Assembly (NCBI RefSeq): GCF_008000775.2
Contig: NZ_CP042905.2
Coordinates: 2,730,001-2,762,000 of the forward strand
DNA length: 32,000 nt
Origin: Promethearchaeum syntrophicum
GTDB lineage: Archaea; Asgardarchaeota; Lokiarchaeia; Sigyniarchaeales; Promethearchaeaceae
Reading direction: 5' to 3'
In this document: positions 24,244 to 32,000 of the stretch, piece after piece
How positions within the stretch are numbered: the stretch's first letter is position 1
Layout: each line of letters begins with the position of its first letter
Translations under genes and position numbers: made by a program
Notes under the pieces: model-generated
Databases searched by the model: none
The model's input: the letters and a program-made list of their open reading frames with translations, nothing else
Told to the model about the DNA's origin: nothing

Positions 24244-27051
24244 CTATGTTCGTTTTGATTTCTTTATGATATAGGTAATTGCAGCTAAAGAGAGAAAACT
24301 TATTGCCCAAATTTGAAAACCTGCAATAAAATCTCCACCTTCATTAGGATCATCAGTTGGATCATCAGTTGGATCATCAGTGGGATCATCGGTGGGATCA
24401 TCGGTGGGATCATCTGTAGGAGTAGTGGGCTCTACAGTTATAACCTTGCTATACACAGATGAATCTCCATCTACATCACTAACAGTTAATACTGCAGTAT
24501 ATGAACCGGGAACATCATAAATATGAGAAATTCCAGTTGAACCGGTCATATTTGCAGATCCATCCCCAAAATTCCATTGATATGAAAACGGTCCATCACC
24601 CCATATAGTTTTGTCCGTAAAGCTTACTGCTTCATCTTCTTCAATTGTAGATTTATCAACTTCAAAATAACAAATAGGAGAAGTATCATCCAATACCCAT
24701 CGATCATTATCAATGTCATCTCGATATTTTGCAACTTCTACTTCTCCACTCAAAGGCGTTAAATCGATATTAATATTTGGCCAAGTTCCAAAGTCAAACT
24801 CTATATCATCAAAAAACCAAGATATGATTCCAGCAAATTGAATGGAAGCACCCCAATTTATTTTAAAATTTAATCCATAAACAAAATTTAATAATTCCAA
24901 TAATAAAAATTGCTCATCAATTACTTCAGGTACGGTAAATTCAAATTGTATATCCATTGATGTTTGTTCCATATGAATACTTTGTATATTTGAACCAAAA
25001 TATAAATCTGATTCAATATAGCCAGTCAAAACAGGATTTATTATGAACACCACATCTTCAAAGAATAGATCTACTAGGAATGCATATTGTGGTAAATAAT
25101 GTTTTAAAATTTCATCAACATGAACCCCGATTGTGCAATTTAGAATTGTATCAATTATCTGTGGAGTGAATTCCAGATCAACTGAAAGCATTCCATCTAA
25201 GAATTCCATAGAATTTTCATAAGTATCATCCATTCCTATCTCTTCCAATAACATTTGAATAATAGGATTTGAGAAATCAATTGTTAATGAATTGGTAAAA
25301 ACTGCGTTAAAGGATTTTGTGAAGAAAAACATATCGACATCTACGCTAATGTTGAAAAAGTAATCAATAACTAATACTGCTTCATCAGTTTTTATATTGG
25401 TATTTAACGATCCTGTTATATCTTCTCCAGATATTAATTCATTCGGTGTTTCTAAACTAGTTTCTATTGGAACATATAAAGTCACATTAACACTTCTATC
25501 AACATTAAGCACTGCACCTTCAGTTTCTGTTTCTCCTTGAAAAGAAGCAGCTTGTTGCATTAGTTGATCAAAATTTGAATGGATATATGGAATCTCGAAT
25601 ACCTGTAAAACATCATAAGCAAAAGGTGCATAATCAGGGACTGTATATCCATTTATATCATGAACACCTAGTGTAAAAGCATTATTAATAATCTCATAAC
25701 ATAATTGAATTATATCATCGGTGTAAGGATCAATGTAATATTGCCCTAATAGATCGCCTCCAGTATTTCCTACCGCAAATTGATGATTGTAGGTTTCAAC
25801 TGTAAGTATCATTGAAACTACCCCCCCATAGCATGCACATAAATCATCATTATGCAAACTTAAATCTTGATATTGGTAAGATGCAGTATATTTTTCCCCC
25901 AAAAGTGGCCTAAGTTCTTCTGAATTATTTACTTCTTTAGTTAAAATTCCTGTTTCACTTACACCCCATTCATATATAGAATATTCCATTGAATCACGCC
26001 ATTCAGTATCAGATTGAGTATATTCATCATGATTATCGAACACAAAGCGATATGCCCATAAATCTCCAGTATATGAGAAATTCAAATATATTTGAACAAG
26101 TTCAAAATCATCATAATGGATAAATTGATCACCCCAAAATCCATCAGTCCAGACTTCATTCCAATAATATAAATATTGAATACATAGTGAACCCATCCCG
26201 ATTTCCTTATCATATCCATGAATGACTCGACCAAATAATCCATTTGGGTCTGATGTATGATCCGTATCATCATTATCGATTAAAAATGGTTGGTATAATT
26301 CTGCTATATCTTGGGCAGTAAATACATCATTTGTATCAAGAATTTCAATGTTAAATGCAAGAACAGCATCACCCAACTCTTGTGTGTCTTCCTTATAAGT
26401 CCATATTTCATGATAACCTTCTATTGCATGTGGATCTTCATACCACCAGCCAATAGTCCCTAAACTATCATCTGCAAGAGCATCCCATTCAAAAACATTG
26501 AGATACATACAAGATAAAACAGTCCAATCATTAAATAATTCTATTGGTGTGGAAAAATTATACCATGATTCGTCCCCATCTTCAATTTGATATTCGGCTG
26601 TATCCAAATATCGTCCTTGATAATTTAACCATCCATTATATTCAGGTTCTCCAATCCAATAATTTGGAACATATCGAACAAAAATATCACCAGGACTGAG
26701 AGAATCATGATCATCAAATACATACATTGCTGTCAGCTCAATCTTAAGATTTATCCATTCTAATCCAGGAATTAACTCAGAAGGAATAATATCATCTCCC
26801 GTATAAACAGTATCTTCAGGATTCGCATAATGTGTTATATTTCCAACAATATCATCAACATTTGGTGGTGTTGGTTTTACTTCAGTAGCAGGTTGATTAT
26901 CCCATTCATACCTAAAAACTAAATCTGATTCATTTTCAACTACCGTAGAATCTTCAGATGCAGGTTGAACAGCGATAACATTAGAAATATTAATTCCAGC
27001 TCCAATTAATATTCCAATTGAAATTAGAATACCTAAAAATTTCTTCTTCAT
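24244..27051 (-). CDS. Large secreted surface protein with a C-terminal PKD domain, (PTDD)n linker and TM anchor
   Basis: N-terminal signal-like helix (FLGILISIGILIGAGI). PKD consensus FSYQWNFGDGS...HIYDVPGSYTAVLTVSDVDGD. PTDDPTDD... linker. C-terminal IAGFQIWAISFLSLAAITYII-KKSKRT. Confidence 0.8.
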   Translation of the reverse strand: MKKKFLGILISIGILIGAGINISNVIAVQPASEDSTVVENESDLVFRYEWDNQPATEVKPTPPNVDDIVGNITHYANPEDTVYTGDDIIPSELIPGLEWINLKIELTAMYVFDDHDSLSPGDIFVRYVPNYWIGEPEYNGWLNYQGRYLDTAEYQIEDGDESWYNFSTPIELFNDWTVLSCMYLNVFEWDALADDSLGTIGWWYEDPHAIEGYHEIWTYKEDTQELGDAVLAFNIEILDTNDVFTAQDIAELYQPFLIDNDDTDHTSDPNGLFGRVIHGYDKEIGMGSLCIQYLYYWNEVWTDGFWGDQFIHYDDFELVQIYLNFSYTGDLWAYRFVFDNHDEYTQSDTEWRDSMEYSIYEWGVSETGILTKEVNNSEELRPLLGEKYTASYQYQDLSLHNDDLCACYGGVVSMILTVETYNHQFAVGNTGGDLLGQYYIDPYTDDIIQLCYEIINNAFTLGVHDINGYTVPDYAPFAYDVLQVFEIPYIHSNFDQLMQQAASFQGETETEGAVLNVDRSVNVTLYVPIETSLETPNELISGEDITGSLNTNIKTDEAVLVIDYFFNISVDVDMFFFTKSFNAVFTNSLTIDFSNPIIQMLLEEIGMDDTYENSMEFLDGMLSVDLEFTPQIIDTILNCTIGVHVDEILKHYLPQYAFLVDLFFEDVVFIINPVLTGYIESDLYFGSNIQSIHMEQTSMDIQFEFTVPEVIDEQFLLLELLNFVYGLNFKINWGASIQFAGIISWFFDDIEFDFGTWPNINIDLTPLSGEVEVAKYRDDIDNDRWVLDDTSPICYFEVDKSTIEEDEAVSFTDKTIWGDGPFSYQWNFGDGSANMTGSTGISHIYDVPGSYTAVLTVSDVDGDSSVYSKVITVEPTTPTDDPTDDPTDDPTDDPTDDPTDDPNEGGDFIAGFQIWAISFLSLAAITYIIKKSKRT
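24347..24418. repeat. Six tandem 12-bp units (ggatcatcrgtk) encoding the PTDD linker on the minus strand
   Basis: Units read directly at 24347, 24359, 24371, 24383, 24395 and 24407, with wobble-type variation only. Confidence 0.9.
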
Positions 27052-27259
27052 AAAATAATTCGCCTTTTTTGTGTTTTGTTACTTGTTTTTGGTTAGAAAA
27101 CACTTAAATAGGTTTTTTCTGATTTAAAAGGTTTTCTTCTAATTCATTTTAGTTATTTAAAGAAAGTTGAAAGATACTGTAGAAAATATATCATGGAATG
27201 GCATTTTTCGTGCGTAATCTTTAGATAATATAAATTTCATCGGCATGTTTCAAAATCCG

Positions 27260-27430
27260 AAATAATATCAATCAACTTTGATTGGTTATGCTCATAGCAG
27301 AAAAAATTATGGCTACATTTTGTAACACCTGCATGATGGAATCGGAGTTCTTACGCTCAATCGACCCGAAAAGCATAACGCACTCCAATATCCCATGATT
27401 ATGGAGATAATTGATGTGTTTGAATCTATA
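27260..27430. repeat. Right copy of the enoyl-CoA hydratase 5' repeat (decayed)
   Basis: Aligns to 22944-23115. Relative to the left copy it carries ATG to ATA (27294-27296), A7 to A6 (27301-27306) and TAT to TAA (27323-27325). Confidence 0.9.
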
Positions 27431-28078
27431 TTTAAGAAGAAATCAATTCGAGCGATTATTATTAAAGGAAATGGTCCGAGTTTCAGTGCAGGAGATGATT
27501 TAAAAAGTATAGGAAAGGAAGCATTTCGATTTAAACCTTTGAAAGATGGTTCTATATTTCCACACCACCGATTAATTCGACTAATAGGCGATATTCAAAA
27601 ACCCGTTTTTGCATTTTTACATGGTTTTTGCCTTGGTGCCGGATTTGCATTAGCTCTTGCATGTGATTTTAGATTAGCAACCGATAATCTTGAAATGGGC
27701 GATCATCGAATAACACGGGGGATTGCTATGATGAGTGGTACAAGTTGGTTTCTTCCTCGACTAATTGGATTTGGGAAAGCTACGAATTTAATTATGACTG
27801 GACGTCATCTGGATGCTCATGAAGCTTTAAAATATGGAATAATTAATGAAATTTATTCTACTGAGAATTTTAAAGCACAAGCAATGGAGTATGTTCAAAA
27901 AATTGCTTCTTTACCGACCAAAACTTTGAGGTATGATAAGACAATGTTAAATTCCTCACTTTTAAACGACTTAGTCCCTTCCATGCGGCATGAATTTAAC
28001 CTTCACGTGAAAAATATGAGAACTCAGGATTATAGCGAGGATATTGCTTCATTTAGAGAAAAAAAAGCCCAATTTTAA
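27395..28078 (+). pseudogene. Enoyl-CoA hydratase/isomerase (crotonase) gene body, N-terminally truncated by loss of its 5' end
   Basis: Crotonase motifs are retained (FSAGDDL, HGFCLGAGFALALACD, oxyanion-hole region). The first usable in-frame ATG at 27395 omits ~36 N-terminal residues, which are encoded intact only at 22978. Confidence 0.55.
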
Positions 28079-28151
28079 AGGAAAATAATTAGCTAATTCC
28101 TCAACTAAGGAAAGAACACCTTCAGGAGCTAAAACCAAAAGAAAATTATTG

Positions 28152-29087
28152 TTACGTTTTGCGTTTCCCTTTGTAATGTTCGTAGATAGATTCTGAATCT
28201 ATTAGAGAATTAAATCCATCTATAGAAAGTTTATTGATTAATGTATCGAGATGAGCTATTGTAGGAAATTTTTCATTATTATCTAATTTCTGCCATCTAT
28301 CATATGTTTTAATTAATATATCTATGAAATATGCACAAAAAACGCCCCTTTCTGAATCAGATTTTCTGTCTAATGTGTTTTTTGATACTTGAAAACTTAG
28401 ATATCCCCTATAATCAATTGAAAATTCGAAAGTAATTTCATTAATTTCAGTTTCAAAAGTAATCTTTGAGGGCATATATTTTTTTATTTGAGAAATTCGA
28501 ATAGGTATCGTATCTCCTGCATTTTTATCGCTTGTTATTTTCAAAGAACTCCCACATTTTTTTTCTATATCTTTTTCCATTCTTATTTCGCAAATATTCT
28601 TAATCTCATATTTATTAAATATTTTTTCTTGATTCTGACTCTTAAATAAAAGCCAATTTAAGAAATTTTTATCAAAGTGAAAAGGTTTTATGAAGGGATT
28701 ATTATCTTTACCAAGTATATCTTCAAATTCTCCAATTAATTCTCTCATAAAATTACGAGAACTCTTAAAAAAAATAATATTTGGAGATACCATAAATAGA
28801 AACTGTGATGTATTTTCTTTTTTTTTTGATTCAAGATTAATACAATTAATTTTATATAATTCGATTTTGTCAAAAAAATCAATTAATGTAGGCCTTTCAT
28901 TAATCATATAATCTGTAGATTTAAGGTTAACTAACTCTAGATATAATCTATTTGGGTTTTCATCTTTCCAATTTTTGCTTGTAAGTATCCCTTTCATTAA
29001 TTTTACAAGAGGATCTAAAATTGGTTTTTGATATAAGGATGCAATGGTAAATTTACCAAAATCAATTTCTTTTTTTAAATCTGCCAT
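28152..29087 (-). CDS. Hypothetical protein, no recognisable domain
   Basis: The track ORF starts at TTG 29096 and the first ATG is at 29087 (MADLKKEIDF...). It is a long uninterrupted ORF in a stop-codon-rich AT background and is divergent from the NTPase ORF. Confidence 0.6.
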   Translation of the reverse strand: MADLKKEIDFGKFTIASLYQKPILDPLVKLMKGILTSKNWKDENPNRLYLELVNLKSTDYMINERPTLIDFFDKIELYKINCINLESKKKENTSQFLFMVSPNIIFFKSSRNFMRELIGEFEDILGKDNNPFIKPFHFDKNFLNWLLFKSQNQEKIFNKYEIKNICEIRMEKDIEKKCGSSLKITSDKNAGDTIPIRISQIKKYMPSKITFETEINEITFEFSIDYRGYLSFQVSKNTLDRKSDSERGVFCAYFIDILIKTYDRWQKLDNNEKFPTIAHLDTLINKLSIDGFNSLIDSESIYEHYKGKRKT

Positions 29088-29745
29088 AGTTACCAACTCC
29101 CACCTCAGACCAATTTAAAATGATAAAATCCTATTCATATATAAGATTGTTTATTTCTATCGAGTCTTTATTATCTTGTCTTAATTTCATCTCATTAATA
29201 TTAATTGATCGAAGGAATACAAATTAATTCTAAAGGAACTATTTAAAGATCAATAATTCAGTAACATTCTTTTCTGAGTTGTTAAAAAAACTCAATCTTT
29301 TCACATAAGGGAAAAATTCTAAGATAAAAAGAAAATAAATGTTAATTTCTATAACTCTGATATTTTTTTGGTTAACCAAAATCTTTTAATATAAAATTCC
29401 TGCAATTTTTTAGAACAGAGAAAATTGATTCGTAATCACGGATTCTGGAACCCAAATTGTTTCAGTTTCTTTTGATTTTTATTTTTTAATTTCGCCATTT
29501 GGCTTTATTATTTTAGTTTCATTTAAAATGACTCAAGGATCTTTTAATGATTTTCAGTAGCCATTATTTGAAAATGAGATATAATTGGATTAGATATTAT
29601 TTAATTAGAGGATATTCTTTTGATTTAGTATCAATAAGAAAACTAATTTATTTCTTTTCAGAACATAAATGTATTTAAATTCCCATTCATAAAGAATTAA
29701 TGATGTTTTTTGATTAAAATTCAATAAGAAAAAAAGTATTCTAAT

Positions 29746-32000
29746 ATGACAAAACTTGAAGAAGAAATTAAGAATTTTGCGCTTATTAAACGACAAAAAT
29801 TATTATCAAAGAAATTTAACGATAATAAATATATTCAACAGATGAGGCAAGAAAAACATCAATACTTCCTAAAAATAATTGGAAAAAGAGAAAGTATTCC
29901 TAAATGGCAACCGATTGCGAAATCTCTTATTTTATTTTTAGTTTCTATTAAAGAAATTAAAAATCAAATTGATCTTGACAAAATAAGAAAAGAGAGCCCT
30001 TTTTTAAAAAAATATTTAAGAGATAGTCAATTCACAAGTTATTTTAAAGAAAATACATATACTGGAGATAGTATTAGACAATTACTTTCAGATGATATTC
30101 AAAATAAAGTTGATTTAAAACTACAAAAAGAAAAAATAGTTAAAGAACTTGAATCAAAAAAAAAAAAAGATATCTTGGACTTAGAGAGAAAAAAAAAAAA
30201 ACTTATTATTACTGAAAAAAAGAAGAAAGAAGAAATAAAAACATATTTTGAAGAAAAAGAAAAAAATTTTAAATCAATTATCGATGAATCTAAAGAAGAA
30301 TCAGTCGAAAAATTAATAAATTCATACAAAAAAAAATCCAAACCATTTTATTGCTCTGAAGAATGGTGGGAAAGGCTAAATCTTGACGCAAATCCATTTC
30401 CAGGAAATAACATTGGATTACAAGGAATTGATAAGTCCTTATATGAAGAAATTATAATTAAACTCCCTATATATGACAAATATACAAATATTATTGTTAA
30501 TAATCGAAAAAATCTTTTTGGAAAATCTATTTTTCTTTATGCCGATTATGGTGGAGGTAAATCAACTTTTTTTGATTATTTAAATATTGAAATTTTAAAT
30601 GCTGATATTTTACCAATTAAAATATTAATAGATCCAGATATTGATGCTTTCGATATAAAAAAAAATTTTCGAAAACGTTTATACTACAAAATTTCGAAGG
30701 AATTTATTAAAAAATTTGGAGTTTTACCCGATAATGATTATAATATAGAAAATACAGTAAAAAAAATGCAACAACTTATTGATTCAACATTTTATTCTGG
30801 ATTTGTTATCTTTATCGATGGAATTCACAAAACAACCAACCCCAAAGCATCTTTGGAATTTTTGAAGTTGCTTCAAAATACTATTGAATATTTTTTTGAT
30901 GAAGATTTAAAAGTATGCTTAATCGTAGCAGGTAAAAAGGAATGGATAGATCAATTAAAGAAAGGTGGTGAATATTCAGGATCATTTACTATATTTGAAG
31001 AAATGCAAAATCCAAATCCAATACAAGCTTATGAAATGATATATAAAAGATTGAAAGCTTTTTCAAATTCTGAACTATCTTTTGAGAGATATATAAATGA
31101 AAATGATATAAAAAACTTAATTCAAATTATCAGAGAAGAATACAAAAGAAATATTACATTTAGAGATATTATCCAAGAATTCACAGAAAGAATTAAAACT
31201 GATAAACTGGGTCAAATAAAATTATATCTCCGTTTAAATGAAAATGATTTATTTAAAATTTTAGAAAGATTCAAGGTAAATGAAGAAATTTTTTCAAGTT
31301 TAAAAGAAATCTCTCCAAAAAACTACCCAAAAGAAATTTTAAATCTCTTAGGGATAATTGATCAAGAACAAGGGATTCACGAAAATTCAGATTGGTTTAA
31401 AGATAACATAGATTTATTTTCAATACTCTCTAAAAATAACTTAATAATGAAGAAATCTTCTTCTTCTTCGTTTAAATGGATTTTAAAGAAAAAATTTGGA
31501 AAATTGGTTAAAAATATTGAAGAAGATTATGGATACCAATTGAGGCATTATATAAATGATCTATTTACTCTTAGAAAACCGGATCATCAATCTTTTGAAA
31601 ACCAAGTGTTTGAAGAATTAGAAAAACTGAAAAAACTTGCCTATGCTATTGAGCCTTATAAATCTGATTTACTAAATACATACAATTATATAAATGAACC
31701 TTATATGAAGTTATTAAAAGCTTTAAAATATGAAACCTCCTATAAAAATGAAGGATATAAAGGAATTGTTGAACATTCAGAATTTATTTTAATGAGACTT
31801 CTTAATAATATTAAAAAAATAACAAACGAATACGTTTCCCCAGATATTACCCCTGATTTAATTCAAGATTTTAGTCAATCATGGTTATCTAACCAATATT
31901 TAACTGATTTCATTATAGAATTAAATGATCTTAAATCCAAACAGATTTTAATAAAATCTGAAAGAGAAAAATATCTTGTTTCATTTAAAAAATGCTTTAC
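29746..32000 (+). CDS. Large P-loop NTPase (NACHT/STAND-like motifs) with a Lys/Glu-rich N-terminal region; 3' end lies beyond the window
   Basis: Not in the supplied track because it has no stop in the window. I translated every line by hand in the frame of ATG 29746 and found 751 codons with no stop; an in-frame TAA lies upstream at 29725. Walker A LYADYGGGKSTF (30550-30567) is preceded by ANPFPG. Walker B-like FVIFIDGIH (30805-30822). Confidence 0.75.
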   Translation, partial: MTKLEEEIKNFALIKRQKLLSKKFNDNKYIQQMRQEKHQYFLKIIGKRESIPKWQPIAKSLILFLVSIKEIKNQIDLDKIRKESPFLKKYLRDSQFTSYFKENTYTGDSIRQLLSDDIQNKVDLKLQKEKIVKELESKKKKDILDLERKKKKLIITEKKKKEEIKTYFEEKEKNFKSIIDESKEESVEKLINSYKKKSKPFYCSEEWWERLNLDANPFPGNNIGLQGIDKSLYEEIIIKLPIYDKYTNIIVNNRKNLFGKSIFLYADYGGGKSTFFDYLNIEILNADILPIKILIDPDIDAFDIKKNFRKRLYYKISKEFIKKFGVLPDNDYNIENTVKKMQQLIDSTFYSGFVIFIDGIHKTTNPKASLEFLKLLQNTIEYFFDEDLKVCLIVAGKKEWIDQLKKGGEYSGSFTIFEEMQNPNPIQAYEMIYKRLKAFSNSELSFERYINENDIKNLIQIIREEYKRNITFRDIIQEFTERIKTDKLGQIKLYLRLNENDLFKILERFKVNEEIFSSLKEISPKNYPKEILNLLGIIDQEQGIHENSDWFKDNIDLFSILSKNNLIMKKSSSSSFKWILKKKFGKLVKNIEEDYGYQLRHYINDLFTLRKPDHQSFENQVFEELEKLKKLAYAIEPYKSDLLNTYNYINEPYMKLLKALKYETSYKNEGYKGIVEHSEFILMRLLNNIKKITNEYVSPDITPDLIQDFSQSWLSNQYLTDFIIELNDLKSKQILIKSEREKYLVSFKKCF

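Noticed and set aside
29076-29087. The shared MADL N-terminus of the 311-aa protein and the small repeat-encoded ORFs (2673, 4359) as evidence of relatedness
   Set aside because: Only four residues match and the downstream sequences are unrelated, so this is most likely coincidence.
29605-30341. Minus-strand ORFs 29605..29796 and 30099..30341
   Set aside because: They are antisense to, or overlap the start of, the 751-codon plus-strand ORF. The 30099..30341 product is poly-F/S, i.e. the complement of the Lys/Glu-rich coding tract.
1-32000. Search for tRNA, rRNA, CRISPR arrays and transposase/IS elements
   Set aside because: I saw no T-loop/acceptor-like GC-rich cloverleaf candidates, no rRNA-like conserved blocks, no regularly spaced 25-40-nt repeats and no ORF with DDE/HUH/serine- or tyrosine-recombinase motifs. 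Detection by eye is imperfect, so tRNAscan-SE/Infernal should confirm.

Overview
Strongly AT-rich (by eye about 30% G+C) prokaryotic chromosomal segment encoding N/K/I/Y-rich proteins. Oligo-T tracts after genes, a Rag/Gtr-like small GTPase fused to a roadblock-like domain, sequon-rich PKD-type surface proteins and HEPN/MNT pairs suggest an archaeon, plausibly an Asgard (Loki-type) lineage; this is inference only. I support about 27 protein genes and found no rRNA, tRNA or CRISPR array. 1-15.2 kb holds mostly ordinary or accessory metabolism and envelope genes: a surface glycoprotein-like protein, an AlkD-like alkylation-repair protein bracketed by two ~155-nt direct repeats, PHP phosphoesterase, tandem GNAT, MBL hydrolase, YgbA_NO-like Cys-rich protein, the GTPase, ferredoxin-nitroreductase, SDR epimerase, DUF2892 and a hybrid PAS histidine kinase. 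15.5-22.9 kb looks like an accessory, defence-type island: a DEDD/RNase H-like exonuclease plus CpXC zinc-ribbon protein, a stand-alone OLD-family ATPase-Toprim nuclease, a small protein plus nucleotidyltransferase-fold pair, a protein with an integrase-type SAM-like N-domain but no catalytic domain, and an MNT/HEPN pair. At 22.9-28.1 kb an enoyl-CoA hydratase gene is split by a 4.1-kb cassette (CPBP protease plus a 935-aa PKD surface protein) flanked by 172-nt direct repeats of the gene's own 5' end, and the right-hand copy carries three inactivating lesions. At the right edge a >=751-codon ORF (29746 to beyond 32000) is absent from the supplied ORF track. It encodes a P-loop NTPase with NACHT/STAND-like motifs behind a Lys/Glu-rich N-terminal region and lies divergent from an unrecognisable 311-aa protein. 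This is my best candidate for an undescribed system, but the NTPase gene is truncated by the window.
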